64,000 bases of DNA from an uncultured Acidobacteriota bacterium (GCA_963813155.1 CAWEYG010000002.1:192001-256000), one strand, 5' to 3'. Counted from the first letter of the stretch, positions 39,836 through 50,585 are shown. Notes: a model not told the origin generated them from the sequence alone. Made by a program: numbers and translations.

Positions 39836-41064
39836 GGCTTCTCCGCCGCGGCCGCAGACGGAACCGCCATCGGCGAAAGGCGCCGCCGGCCCCGCGTCTG
39901 CAGCCCGTACAGGCGGATGAATCCGGCCGCGTCCTGCGGCGTGTAGCCGGTCATGTCGAACGACGCGAGGGCAGGGTTGTAGAGCGACGTCGGAGACTTC
40001 CTTCCCGTCACCGACGCCGAACCCTTGAACAGTTTCACGCGAACCTCGCCATTGACGTTTTCCGCGATCGACTGAAAGAAGGCGTCGAGCGATTCGCGAA
40101 GCGGCGAAAACCACTGCCCGAAGTACACGAGCTCGGCGTAGCGCAGCGCGAGCCGCTCCTTTTCGTGCGCGCTGTCGCGGTCGAGGGTGATCGACTCGAG
40201 CGCCTTCAGCGCCGCGACGAGAATCGTCCCACCCGGAGTCTCGTAAATTCCCCGCGACTTGATGCCGACGAGACGGTTCTCGACGATGTCGGCTCGCCCC
40301 ACGCCGTGCCGGCCGCCGATCTCGTTCAGGGTCGCGATGAGCTCCATCGGATCGAACAAGTGGCCGTCGACCGCCACCGGGATCCCCGACTCGAAGGTCA
40401 CCGTCACGTTCTCCGCCTCGTCCGGCGCGTCTTCGGGCGCGACCGTCAGCCGGTAGATCGACGGATCCGGCTCCCAGCCGGGGTCCTCGAGATTCCCGCC
40501 TTCGTGCGAGATATGCCACAGGTTGCGGTCGCGGGAGTACGGGTCGCTTCGGGTGACCGGAACTGGAATGCCCCTCTCGGCCGCGTAGTCGATCGCGTCT
40601 TCGCGGGAAACGATGTCCCACTCGCGCCACGGCGCAACGACCGCGAGCTCGGGCGCGAGGGCCTGGTAGGCGAGCTCGAACCGCACCTGGTCGTTCCCTT
40701 TTCCGGTGCAGCCGTGCGCGAGCGCGTCGCAGCCGGTCGCGAGCGCGGTTTCGACCTGCTTGCGCGCGATCAGCGGGCGCGCGGCCGCCGTCCCAAGCAG
40801 GTAGTCGCGCTCGTAAACGGCCCCGGAACGGAGGAGGGGAAAAAGGAAGTCGCGCGCGAACTCCGCCCGGGCGTCGAGCAGATGAAAATCCGCCGCCCCG
40901 GTTCGGCGGGCTTTCGCCGCGAGGCCGCGCGTTTCCTCGCTCTGCCCCACGTCGACGGCCACCGCGACCACCTCGCACCCGTAGTTCTCCTTGAGCCACG
41001 GAATGATGATCGACGTGTCGAGCCCCCCCGAGTAGGCGAGCGCGACTCTCCGGAACTTCTTCAT
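39832..41064 (-). CDS. argG: Argininosuccinate synthase
   Basis: LAYSGGLDTS, HGCTGKGNDQVRFE, SRGIYETPG. Confidence 0.97.
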   Translation of the reverse strand: MKKFRRVALAYSGGLDTSIIIPWLKENYGCEVVAVAVDVGQSEETRGLAAKARRTGAADFHLLDARAEFARDFLFPLLRSGAVYERDYLLGTAAARPLIARKQVETALATGCDALAHGCTGKGNDQVRFELAYQALAPELAVVAPWREWDIVSREDAIDYAAERGIPVPVTRSDPYSRDRNLWHISHEGGNLEDPGWEPDPSIYRLTVAPEDAPDEAENVTVTFESGIPVAVDGHLFDPMELIATLNEIGGRHGVGRADIVENRLVGIKSRGIYETPGGTILVAALKALESITLDRDSAHEKERLALRYAELVYFGQWFSPLRESLDAFFQSIAENVNGEVRVKLFKGSASVTGRKSPTSLYNPALASFDMTGYTPQDAAGFIRLYGLQTRGRRRLSPMAVPSAAAAEKP

Positions 41065-42404
41065 GGGCGTGTCTCCTCCTTCAAAATGCCGTCGAGCGCG
41101 ACAAGGAATCGCGCGAGAGCGGACCGGGGAACGATGTAAGGCGGAAGCAGGCGCAGAACGTTCTTGCGCGCCGTTCCCACCACGAATCCCTTTTCCCGCA
41201 GGGCACCGGCGACGGGACCCGCGTCTCCGTCGAGCTCGACGCCCCACATCAGGCCGGCGCCGCGGACGTCCACGATTCGGGACCGGCGCGACATCAGCCG
41301 CTTCAATTCTTTTTCGAGCCAGGTTCCGAGCTCCCGCACGCGCGAAAGCAGCTTCGCGTCTTCGATCTCGGCGAGGACCTCGAGCCCGAGGCGGCAGGCG
41401 AGCGGATTGCCCCCGAACGTCGTCCCGTGGTGGCCGGGCCGGACGGCGTTCGCCATTCTCGAGCCGGCGACGACGGCGCCGAGCGGCAGGCCGCCGCCGA
41501 GCGCCTTCGCGAGCGTGACCGCGTCGGGAACGACGCCCGCCCGCTCGAAAGCGAAAAGCGCGCCCGTGCGCCCGATGCCGCACTGGATCTCGTCGAAAAT
41601 CAGGAGAGCGCCGCTTCGATCGGCCAGCCGCCGGGCAGCGCGAAGGAACGAAGGCGAGAGGGGAACGATTCCCGCCTCCCCCATCACGGGCTCGAGCAGG
41701 ATCGCCGACGTCCTTTCGGAAACCGCGGCTTCGAGCGCCGCCTCGTCGTCCGGGCGCACGAAGCGGACTCCCGGCAGCAACGGAAGAAACGGCGTTCGGT
41801 ACTCCTCGTGCCCCGTCACCGAGAGCGACCCCATCGTCCGCCCGTGAAAGCTCTCCTCGACCGCGACGATCTCCGCCCGGCCCGGATTCGCGAGCCGGGC
41901 GAACTTCAGGGCCGCTTCGACGGCTTCCGTGCCGCTGTTGCAGAAAAAGACCTTCGAGAGGCCGGAGGCGCGGACGAGCCGTTCGGCGAGAAGCCCCTGG
42001 GCCGGGTGGTAGAACAGATTCGAGACGTGCCACAGGTTCTTCGACTCCTCCCGGAGCGCCCGAACGAGGCGCGGGTGCCGGATCCCGAGCGCGTTGACGG
42101 CGATGCCGCCGAGCAGGTCCCAGTACGGCCGCCCGTCCGCGTCGATCAGCCGAGCGCCCCGCCCGGACCGCGGATGAAAGGGCGTTCGCGCGTAGGTCGA
42201 AAGGACGAAGTTCTTCTCCCTCTGCTCGACGAGAGCAGTCTCGTCCCGGCCGAGCGGGTGGCGGGGGGCGAGACCCCCTTTTGCCGCTCGCGACGCCTTC
42301 GTAGCAAAGTCCTCAGATCGCGGCGAGCGGAAAAGCGGGGCGAGCCCCCCGACAGGACCCGTCCGGCCTCGCTTGGAGTTTCTTCTCAGGCTGCGACAAG
42401 ACAC
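41061..42404 (-). CDS. argD: Acetylornithine aminotransferase carrying an in-frame palindromic element in its N-terminus
   Basis: FFCNSGTEA, SFHGRT, DEIQCGIGRTG, AKALGGG; start is GTG 42404 or TTG 42399. Confidence 0.9.
   Translation of the reverse strand: MSCRSLRRNSKRGRTGPVGGLAPLFRSPRSEDFATKASRAAKGGLAPRHPLGRDETALVEQREKNFVLSTYARTPFHPRSGRGARLIDADGRPYWDLLGGIAVNALGIRHPRLVRALREESKNLWHVSNLFYHPAQGLLAERLVRASGLSKVFFCNSGTEAVEAALKFARLANPGRAEIVAVEESFHGRTMGSLSVTGHEEYRTPFLPLLPGVRFVRPDDEAALEAAVSERTSAILLEPVMGEAGIVPLSPSFLRAARRLADRSGALLIFDEIQCGIGRTGALFAFERAGVVPDAVTLAKALGGGLPLGAVVAGSRMANAVRPGHHGTTFGGNPLACRLGLEVLAEIEDAKLLSRVRELGTWLEKELKRLMSRRSRIVDVRGAGLMWGVELDGDAGPVAGALREKGFVVGTARKNVLRLLPPYIVPRSALARFLVALDGILKEETRP
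42248..42368 (+). repeat. Dispersed palindromic element, family A, copy 1 (inside argD)
   Basis: Long hairpin with TTTTGCCGCTCGC/GCGAGCGGAAAAG arms and a GTAGCAAAGTCCTCA apical sequence shared by 3 copies. Confidence 0.92.
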
Positions 42405-43174
42405 GTCCCTCCTTCTCCGCCCCGGAGCACGTCCGCGTGGCGCCGGGGACCGGCGATCACGACCTCCCGGACGCCCTTCCGAAGCGCCTCCAGGCAGGCC
42501 AGCAGCTTCGGCCGCATTCCTCCCTCGATCGCGGGACCGGAGAGCAGAGACTCCGCGTCCCGAACCGCGAGCCTCGAGAGGGTGCGCCCCGACTCGTCCC
42601 GCACGCCTTCGACGTCGGTGAAGAAGACGAGCCGGCGGGCGGATAGAGCCGCCGCAGCAGCGGCCGCCGCTTCGTCGGCATTCAAATTCAGCAGGCCTCC
42701 GTCGCGGCCGGCCGCGATGGGAGCGAGGACCGGCAGCATGCCGGCCGAGAGGATCGCGTTCAGGAGCCCGGCGCTCGCCCGGGCGCACCCACCGACGAAC
42801 CCGAGGTCCACGCCTCCGGACGGAAGGCGTTTTTCCGCCACGAGCGTCGCTCCGTCCACGCCGCAGATTCCCGCGGCCGGGACCCCGACCTCGCGGAGCT
42901 CCGCGACGATCGCCTTGTTGACGACTCCCGCGAGCACGCCCACGGCCGCTTCGAGCGTCGGCGCATCGGTGATCCGGAGGCCCTCGTGGATTCTTCGCGG
43001 AATCCCGAGCGACGCGAGGTGAGCGTCGAGCCTCTTCCCGCCGCCATGCACGACGACGAGGGATTCGCCGGCATTCCACGCCTCCGCGACGGCCGCGACG
43101 ACGGCGGCCCGCCGCCGCGCGTCCTCCAGGAGGCTTCCCCCGAGCTTGACGACCGTCGGGCGCGGACGTCTCAT
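42386..43174 (-). CDS. argB: Acetylglutamate kinase
   Basis: VVKLGGS, VHGGG, GLRITD, NLNAD, GGMRPKL. Confidence 0.95.
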   Translation of the reverse strand: MRRPRPTVVKLGGSLLEDARRRAAVVAAVAEAWNAGESLVVVHGGGKRLDAHLASLGIPRRIHEGLRITDAPTLEAAVGVLAGVVNKAIVAELREVGVPAAGICGVDGATLVAEKRLPSGGVDLGFVGGCARASAGLLNAILSAGMLPVLAPIAAGRDGGLLNLNADEAAAAAAAALSARRLVFFTDVEGVRDESGRTLSRLAVRDAESLLSGPAIEGGMRPKLLACLEALRKGVREVVIAGPRRHADVLRGGEGGTCLVAA

Positions 43175-44160
43175 TGCAGTCCCTCCCCTTCGGGAAATCC
43201 CGTCATCCGGTTGAAATTCTGAACCGCCTGCGAAGCCGCCCCCTTCAGGAGGTTGTCGAGCACCGAGACGATTACCGCCCTTTTCCCTCCGGAAAGCAGC
43301 GCGTAGCCGATCTCGGCTCTCGGCGTTCCGACGGCGGCTTTGAGATCCGGCAGGTCGCCCTCGGCCCTCACGCGCACGAACGGGCGTCCGCCGTACGCGG
43401 CCTCGAACGCCTGCGCGAGATCGGCCCCGGACGCCGCCCGAGCAAAGCTCACGTGGATCGTCGAGAGGATTCCTCTTTCGACGGGCAGGAGGTGCGGAAC
43501 GAAGACGAGCTCCGCTTCCGGCGCGAGGCCGAGATGGCGCCGCATCTCGGGCACATGGCGATGCGTTCCGACGCCGTAGGCCCGGGAATTTCCGAACAAT
43601 TCGGTGAAAGACCAGGCCGCGTCGCTCTTTCTTCCGGCTCCGGAGATGCCGCTCAGGCTGTCGCAGATGATCGGCGAATCCGGGTCGAGCAGGCCAAGCA
43701 ACGGCTTGAGCGCAAGCAGAATCGAGGTCGGGTAACAACCCGGGTTCGCGACGAGAGTCGCTTCGTCGAGCTCCTCCCCGCACCATTCCGTCAGGCCGTA
43801 GACAGCCTCGCTTCGCTCCCCGAGGCGAAACGCGCCCGAGAGGTCGATGATCCTCGTCTGCGGACGGCCCGCGAGGATCTCTCCGACGAGCCGCGCGGAG
43901 ACCTCTTCCGGCGTCGCGAGAAACACGATATCGGGCTCCCCGTCGAGCAAGCCATCGAGCGAATACGCGACGACGTCGGGCCCTGAAGCGCCGCCGAGCC
44001 CGGGGTGAAGCGACGAAAACGGTCCGGCCGTCGCGCCCGAGCTCGAGTAGATTCCGGCCCACTCGGCTCCGGGATGGCCCGAAAGCCGCCGGCACAATTC
44101 GCCGCCGGCATAGCCGCCGCCCCCCACGACCGATACACGTTTCACGCTCTCTGCAAACAT
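43171..44160 (-). CDS. argC: N-acetyl-gamma-glutamyl-phosphate reductase
   Basis: GGGGYAGGEL, ANPGCYPT, DNLLKGAASQAVQN. Confidence 0.95.
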   Translation of the reverse strand: MFAESVKRVSVVGGGGYAGGELCRRLSGHPGAEWAGIYSSSGATAGPFSSLHPGLGGASGPDVVAYSLDGLLDGEPDIVFLATPEEVSARLVGEILAGRPQTRIIDLSGAFRLGERSEAVYGLTEWCGEELDEATLVANPGCYPTSILLALKPLLGLLDPDSPIICDSLSGISGAGRKSDAAWSFTELFGNSRAYGVGTHRHVPEMRRHLGLAPEAELVFVPHLLPVERGILSTIHVSFARAASGADLAQAFEAAYGGRPFVRVRAEGDLPDLKAAVGTPRAEIGYALLSGGKRAVIVSVLDNLLKGAASQAVQNFNRMTGFPEGEGLQ

Positions 44161-44191
44161 CTGTGCGCTCTTTCCACGAAGAAGGCGCTGT

Positions 44192-44740
44192 TTAAGCGCG
44201 CTTGCGCCGGAGACGGCGCGGGCTGCGGAGGGCCGGAGCGAGGGCGGACTGGAATCTCCGGGCGAGCTTCGCCGCGGAGGAGGGCGACCGCATCGCGAGG
44301 AAGATCGTGTCGTCGCCGGAGATCGTGCCGACGATGTCGGGCAGGCCCGCCTCGTCGATTGCCCGCGCGACCGGGTGGGCATCGGCCGGAGGCGTGCGCA
44401 GGACGAGCAGGGGCCCGGCCGTCTCGGCGGAAAGGACGAATTCCCGGACCGTCCGGTCGAGCCGCTCCATTCGCCTCTGCGGGAGGGACACCGTGTCGGG
44501 CGGAAGGAGAGACGCCGGGGAGCTCGCGGGAACCGCGGGAAGAACGTAACCCTTCGGGCCCTTCGCGACGCCGAGCTCCTTGAGGTCCCGCGAGAGAGTC
44601 GGCTGGGCCGCGGGGAACCCCCGGCTCTGGAGCACGCGGCGCAGGTCGCCCTGCGATCGAACGACGCCCTCGCTCACGATCCGAAGCAGCTCCTCGCGTC
44701 GCCGCATCGCGTCGCCTGCCGAATTCTTATTCATCGCCAT
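44192..44740 (-). CDS. argR: Arginine repressor
   Basis: QPTLSRDLKEL, GTISGDDTIF. Confidence 0.93.
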   Translation of the reverse strand: MAMNKNSAGDAMRRREELLRIVSEGVVRSQGDLRRVLQSRGFPAAQPTLSRDLKELGVAKGPKGYVLPAVPASSPASLLPPDTVSLPQRRMERLDRTVREFVLSAETAGPLLVLRTPPADAHPVARAIDEAGLPDIVGTISGDDTIFLAMRSPSSAAKLARRFQSALAPALRSPRRLRRKRA

Positions 44741-44771
44741 GAATATTTATCCGATATCCCGGGCTTGTCAA
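44718..44771 (-). promoter_or_regulatory. arg operon promoter with two tandem ARG boxes overlapping the argR start
   Basis: TTGACA at 44771-44766; CGGATAAATATTCA and TGAATAAGAATTCG resemble the TGAATAWWWATTCA consensus. Confidence 0.75.
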
Positions 44772-44844
44772 GAAAAAAATGCGCTCTTGCCGGAAAAATT
44801 CGGGGGCTTGACAGGTTCGATATGGTGGGCGCGGAGGTGGCCCC

Positions 44845-45723
44845 ATGGCCCGAAGTTCCCCGGATTCTGCTCGCCCCGTCGCGAAGATCGTCGTGCCGCA
44901 GCCCGTCGTCGAGGGAGCCGGCGTTCACCTGGTGAGGTCGATCGCGACCCGCGAGCTCGACCATCTGGACCCGTTTCTGCTGCTCGACCATTTCGAGTCG
45001 CTGAACCCCGCGGACTACGAGCCGGGATTCCCCTTCCATCCCCACCGCGGGATCGAAACCGTCACGTTCATCCGGAAGGGCGAAGTCCAGCACCACGATT
45101 CGCTCGGACACCGCGGGTCGATCGGCGCCGGCGACATCCAGTGGATGAGCTCCGGGAGCGGGATCCTCCACGAGGAGATGCCGCAGGTGAAGCCGGAGGG
45201 GATCGCTGGCCTCCAGCTCTGGCTCAATCTCCCGGCGCGCGAGAAGATGTCCCGGCCGAAGTACCGGGACCTGCGCTCCGACCTCCTCCCCGAAGTGGAA
45301 ACGGACGAAGGCGCGAAAATCCGCGTGATCGCAGGCGAGGCTCAGGGCGGCCGTTTCACCGGCCCGGTCGAGGGCCTCGCGGTCGACCCGAAGTTCGTGG
45401 AGGTCGTCCTTCCGCCCGGGTCGTCGTTTCGGGAAGCCGTGCCGGCCGGGCACACGGCGTTCGCCTACGTCGACCACGGGGACGTCGTCTTCGGCGGACG
45501 GGACGTTCGCGGGCCGGCGCTCGTGATCTTCGGCGACGGCGATTTCGTTTCCGCCTCCGCGGGACCGGCCGGGGGCCGATTCCTGCTCGCGGCCGCGCAG
45601 CCGCTCCACGAGCCGATCGCGCGCTACGGTCCTTTCGTCATGAACACCCGGGCCGAGATCGAGCAGACCCTGCGCGACCTGCAGACCGGAAACTTCATCC
45701 GGCAGGAGCCGAAAGACGACTGA
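44845..45723 (+). CDS. Pirin family protein
   Basis: DPFLLLDHF, HPHRGIETVT, GILHEE, QLWLNLP, YGPFVMN. Confidence 0.95.
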   Translation: MARSSPDSARPVAKIVVPQPVVEGAGVHLVRSIATRELDHLDPFLLLDHFESLNPADYEPGFPFHPHRGIETVTFIRKGEVQHHDSLGHRGSIGAGDIQWMSSGSGILHEEMPQVKPEGIAGLQLWLNLPAREKMSRPKYRDLRSDLLPEVETDEGAKIRVIAGEAQGGRFTGPVEGLAVDPKFVEVVLPPGSSFREAVPAGHTAFAYVDHGDVVFGGRDVRGPALVIFGDGDFVSASAGPAGGRFLLAAAQPLHEPIARYGPFVMNTRAEIEQTLRDLQTGNFIRQEPKDD

Positions 45724-45732
45724 AGACTTCGC

Positions 45733-46593
45733 TCAGCGGAACAGGGGCTCGCCGGATCCCGGCATCCGGCACGACTCCGGATCGCCGGAAGAAAGCCCCC
45801 TCTGCAGCGACGCGACGCGGTCGGCCGAGGAGCCGTGCGTCCAGGATTCCGGCTGCACGTGCCCCGTCGCCATCTTTTGAAGGGCGTCGTCTCCGACAGC
45901 CGCCGCTGCCTTCATGCCCGCCTCGGCGTCCCCGGGGTCGAGCATTCCCTTGCGGTCGCTCCGGTTGCCCCAGACGCCCGCGAGACAATCGGCCTGCAGC
46001 TCGATTGCGATCGAAGCCTGCCGGCCTTCTCCGGCGCTGCTCATGATCCCGAGCTCGTTCTGGACGTGGTGGCCGACTTCGTGGGCGATCACGTAGGCCC
46101 GGGCGAAATCGCCGGGAGCGCCGAAGCGCTGGGACAACTCCCGAAAGAACGAAAGATCCAGGTAGACCTTGAAGTCCTGCGGGCAGTAGAACGGGCCGAC
46201 GGCACTCGAAGTGATCCCGCAACCCGAGTTGATGCCGCCGTCGAAGAGCACGAGCTTCGGCAGCTCGTAGCGGCGACCATGCTCCTTGAAGATCTCGGTC
46301 CACGTCTGCTCGGTATCGGCGAGCACGATTCGAACGAACTTGAGACCGGCGTCTTCCGCGCCGGAAGTTCCAGTTGGGGCGGGCGTGGTCGACGGCGCCG
46401 TCGCCGCGGGTTGCTCGGAGGAAGACGTGAGGAGCTGAAGGATTTGCAGCGGGCTATGTCCGGTGACGAGCCCGATGATGATCGCGATGACGACCACTCC
46501 GATGCCGCCTCCGGCGATATGCCTCCCGCCGATTCCGCCTCCGCCCCGTTCGTCCTCGACCTGGTCGCTTTCCGGTCGGTCATCCAGACGCAT
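45733..46593 (-). CDS. Neutral zinc metallopeptidase (YpfJ-like)
   Basis: GPFYCP, AHEVGHHVQ, ELQADCLAG, WTHGSS. Confidence 0.92.
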   Translation of the reverse strand: MRLDDRPESDQVEDERGGGGIGGRHIAGGGIGVVVIAIIIGLVTGHSPLQILQLLTSSSEQPAATAPSTTPAPTGTSGAEDAGLKFVRIVLADTEQTWTEIFKEHGRRYELPKLVLFDGGINSGCGITSSAVGPFYCPQDFKVYLDLSFFRELSQRFGAPGDFARAYVIAHEVGHHVQNELGIMSSAGEGRQASIAIELQADCLAGVWGNRSDRKGMLDPGDAEAGMKAAAAVGDDALQKMATGHVQPESWTHGSSADRVASLQRGLSSGDPESCRMPGSGEPLFR

Positions 46594-46655
46594 CTCGGAG
46601 CCTCCTTAGCGGTGCTTCACGCAGCACCATGCCGCGAGAAGCGTATCACCCGGCG

Positions 46656-47399
46656 TCAAACGAGCCTGTCTTCCGTCGCCCAGCGAGCGAACAGGGCCAG
46701 GCCCTTTTCGTCGGCCTCCGTCAATTCGTAGTGGAGGCAGTTGCGAAGGTAGTCCTCCACCATCGCCCGCGAAAGGCGCGTGCCCGAACGATCCCGGGCC
46801 GTTTCGATCTCCGAATCGACCATCGCCTCGAACTCGGCCAGGGATGCGCGGTAGGAATCGAACAGGGCGTTCCGCAGCGCTTCGCTCCAGACTTCCCTTC
46901 GGACGGCCCAGACCGCGAAGACGAACGGGAAACCCGTCAGGCTTCTCCATTCGGACGCGAGGTCCAGCACGACTTGCCCCTGCAGCTCCGCCTTCATCGC
47001 GGGATCTCCGATGATCAACTCGGCGTCGGCGTTCCGCTCACGGCTCTCCGGCTCGATTCCGAACCTCCGCTTGAGCAGGATCCGAACGAGCGCGGCCGAC
47101 GTGCGAGACGCCGGGTCGAACCGGACCGAGCGGATCTTCTCCCGGGAGACGCGCGAGACGAGCAGAACCGACCGAACCTCCGAATCCGCGGCGATACCCA
47201 GCCCCTCCACGCGAACGAGATTCGGAATGCGCGAGAGCTCGATCGAAGGGATCAGGCCGACGTCCGCCCGCCCGTCGCGCAGTTTCTCGGCACACTCCGA
47301 CGGCAGGTCGCGAGCGACCTCGAACCCGGCGGGAGGATTGCGGAGAAGCCCCCAGACGAGCGGCCGGGCATTCAGGAAATCGACGAGGGAGACCCGCAC
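46656..47399 (-). CDS. mqnA: Chorismate dehydratase (futalosine pathway)
   Basis: FLNARPL, VRSVLL, SRTSAAL, IIGDPAM, PFVFAVW. Confidence 0.88.
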   Translation of the reverse strand: MRVSLVDFLNARPLVWGLLRNPPAGFEVARDLPSECAEKLRDGRADVGLIPSIELSRIPNLVRVEGLGIAADSEVRSVLLVSRVSREKIRSVRFDPASRTSAALVRILLKRRFGIEPESRERNADAELIIGDPAMKAELQGQVVLDLASEWRSLTGFPFVFAVWAVRREVWSEALRNALFDSYRASLAEFEAMVDSEIETARDRSGTRLSRAMVEDYLRNCLHYELTEADEKGLALFARWATEDRLV

Positions 47400-47456
47400 G
47401 CCGGCAGTCTATCCGTTCGATGAAGATCGCCGCGAGCATCCCTGTATACTTTTCGA

Positions 47457-49590
47457 ATGTCTCACGCGCGACCCGAAGGCTCCGCGGAGCCCGGCGCTTC
47501 CCCGCTCCGAGGCGACTTCCGAGTCGCTGGACCGGATCGTCCAGCCGACCCTGAACCGGGTCGTGCGCGGCGCCGACATCGTCTCTCTCGAACCGAAGAT
47601 CATGCAGGTGCTCGTTCGGCTGGCCGAAACCCCCGGGGCTGTCGTCACGAAGGAGGAACTCTTCGAGCGAGCCTGGGCGGGCACGTTCGTTTCGGAAGAC
47701 GTCCTGACGCGCGCGATCGGCGAGCTCCGGAAGATCTTCGCCGACGACCCGGCCCGCCCCCGCGTGATCGAGACGATCCGCAAGATCGGCTATCGACTCC
47801 TCGTTTCGCCGGCTCCGCCCGCGACCGACGACGCGGCAGCGGCTGCCGGGCCCGTGGTCCGGCCGGGACTCCGCCGCCGGAGCCGCGTCGCCGCGGTTCT
47901 CGCCGCTGCCGCCGCCTCGATCCTCGCCGCCCTCCTCCTGACGCGTTCCTCCGCGGTTTCGCGCCGTTCCGGCCCCGTGCGAATCGTTCCGGTCACGACG
48001 TTTCCGGGCAACGAGCGGCACCCGGCTCTCTCTCCCGACGGAACCCGAGTCGCCTTCGCCTGGGAAAAGCCCGGAGAAAAGACGAGTCTGTACGTGAAGC
48101 TGCTCGATTCGCCGTCGCCCGTCCGGCTGACCACCTCGCCCGGATCGGACAGTGAGCCCGCCTGGTCTCCGGACGGGCAGAAGATCGCGTTCGTCCGCCG
48201 GACGCGGGAGACGTGCGAGATCCTGAGCGTTCCCTCGATCGGGGGCTCCGCGCAGCGCATGGCCGAATGCGGCAGCCTCGACGCCGGAAAGATCTCCTGG
48301 TCGCCCTCGGGAGCCGAGCTCGCGTTTTCGGTCCCGTCGGCCGGCGGTCCGCTTCGCCTGGAGGCGCTCGATCTCTCGCGCGGCTCGAGGAGAGCGCTCA
48401 CGTCCCCGCCGCCCGGATCCGTCGGAGACGAGGAGGCCTCGTTCTCGCCCGACGGAAAGACGATCTCCTTCCTTCGGTCGCTTTCCGACGGCGTTTCCGA
48501 CATTTACACGGTGCCCGCGGCCGGGGGCTCCGAATCGCGCGTAACGGAGGAGAACCGGAGCATCACCGGCGCCGACTGGTCGCCCGACGGACGAAGCCTG
48601 ATCTTCTCGTCGAGCCGGGCGGGCCTGTTCAGCCTCTGGAAGATCCCGGCGGCCGGAGGCGAGCCGCTCCTCGTCGCCGGGGGCGGGTCGAAGATGAAGC
48701 ACCCTTCCACGGCGCGCCGCGTCAACTCCGTCGCGTACGAGAACTGGCACTACGAGGTCAACCTCTGGCGCGTGCCGCTGTCCGGCGAGACTTCGCGGCC
48801 GGGAACGCGTCTCACGTTCGCCGGGGACGAATGGGAGTTCGACCCCGAATATTCACCCGACGGTTCGCGCATCGCCTACGTCTCGACGAAATCGGGCGCC
48901 GACGAGGTCTGGACGACGGACCGCAACGGCGGTTCTCCGTCGCAGCTCACTTCCTTCGGAGGCCCGCGGCTCGGAATGCCGCGATGGTCGCCGGACGGGA
49001 GAAAGCTCGTCTTCACCGCCCGTCCCCAGGGACAGGCGGACCTCTATTCGATCGACTCCTCCGGCGGCTCCCCGATTCGGCTGACTACCACTCCGGGAGA
49101 CGAAGCGTCGCCGAGCTGGTCGCGAGACGGGCGGTCGATCTATTTCGCGTCGCGGCGGTCCGGCGGCTGGGAAGTGTGGCGGATGCCGTCGGCCGGTGGC
49201 GAGGCGGTCCGCGTGACCCTCCACGGCGGACATACGGCGTACGAATCGGGCGACGGAGCGTGGCTCTACTTCAGCCGCGCCGATTCTCCCGGGATCTGGA
49301 GAATGCCGACCGGAGGAGGGGCCGAAGAGCGGGTTCTCGCCCTGCTCGCCCCGAACTGCGGGGAGGACTGGCGAGTCACGGCCCGGGGCATCTACTTTCG
49401 CGTCGACCGCGGCGAGGCGCCGCCGCTCGTACAGATGTGGGCCTTCGGCGCGAGCGGGCCTGTCACGGTCGCGTCCCTCGAGGAGCAGGCCTGGGACGGG
49501 TTCACGGTTTCCCCGGACGGCTCCTCGATCGTCTACGGCCGCGCCGATCGGCGCGACTGCGACATTCGCATGGTCGAAAACGCGTTCTAG
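47457..49590 (+). CDS. Membrane-anchored regulator: OmpR/CadC-type winged helix, TM segment and TolB-like PD40 beta-propellers; apparent +1 frameshift near 47529
   Basis: LEPKIMQVL...IETIRKIGYRL, one TM segment, many WSPDG repeats; N-terminus 'MSHA...GDFRV' is in a different frame. Confidence 0.85.
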
Positions 49591-50585
49591 CCGGGTCCCC
49601 GGTCCCCTGGACCCCGATCACCTCTCGGTCCGGTCTTGTTCCGTCCGAATGTCCCCGTTTCCAGCGCCGGCGCGGCACCGACCGTGAACGAAGTGCACGA
49701 CCGCTCGTGGATCGCCGCCGTGCGATCCCGAAGGAAGCCGGCGCAACGCCCGCGGCGGACCGCCTGGATCTCCGCCGCGACCGAGAGCGCGATCTCCTCG
49801 GGCGTCTCGGACTCGATATCGAGGCCGGCGGGCGCGTAGATCCGGGCAGATCCCAGCGGATCCGGAGTGTCCCGGGTGTCCTCGAGAATCCGGGCGGCGC
49901 GCTGCCGGGAGCCGAGGACGCCGATGTAAAAAGCGCCAGTCGTTCGGAGTGCCCGAAGCATTTCGACGTCGTCCAGGTAATGATGGGTCGCGACGAGGGC
50001 GGCGGTCGACGGCGTGACGGCCGAGTCGATTTCGTCCGGCAGAAGGATCGGTCCCTCGAGGACGGCCGACCATCGCCGCCTCGCCTCCGGCGTGACGCGC
50101 GGGGCAACGACCTCGACGCGCCACTCGAGAATCTTCGCGATCCGAACCAGCGGCAACAGGTCTTCGCCGGTCCCCGCCAGCAGGAGAACGGCGGGCGGGC
50201 CGCCCTCGGCAGCCCGTTCCAGCCCGTCGAGCTCGGCCGCGTCGAGCTCCGTCAGCAGCACCCCGATCCGGCCGCCGCAGCCGAGCCCGGAGCCGAAAAC
50301 GATGTCGTCGGGACCCGAGAGGTCGTATTCGACCCTGAGAGGGCCCTTGCGGGCCAGGATCTCCGGAACACGCCGACGCAGCTCCAGTTCGAAACAGCCT
50401 CCGCTGATCGATCCCGCCGTCGAACCGTCCTCGCACAGGATCATGCGCGCCCCGGGCCTTCGGTAATGAGACCCCTCGACCGAGACGAGGTGCGCGAGCA
50501 CTCCCCTTCCTCCGCGAGCGAGGAGATCGCGGCCGAACGCGGCGAGGGAAGCGAGCGAGCTCCCGCTCGGCTCCGGGAGCTTCAT
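49587..50585 (-). CDS. XdhC/CoxI-family molybdoenzyme maturation protein
   Basis: [46 protein letters not shown]. Confidence 0.88.
   Translation of the reverse strand: MKLPEPSGSSLASLAAFGRDLLARGGRGVLAHLVSVEGSHYRRPGARMILCEDGSTAGSISGGCFELELRRRVPEILARKGPLRVEYDLSGPDDIVFGSGLGCGGRIGVLLTELDAAELDGLERAAEGGPPAVLLLAGTGEDLLPLVRIAKILEWRVEVVAPRVTPEARRRWSAVLEGPILLPDEIDSAVTPSTAALVATHHYLDDVEMLRALRTTGAFYIGVLGSRQRAARILEDTRDTPDPLGSARIYAPAGLDIESETPEEIALSVAAEIQAVRRGRCAGFLRDRTAAIHERSCTSFTVGAAPALETGTFGRNKTGPRGDRGPGDRGPG

Noticed and set aside
42295-42320. CTGAGGA on the reverse strand of family A resembles the hammerhead core CUGANGA
   Set aside because: There is no stem II followed by GAAA, and copy 3 has GTGAGGA instead.
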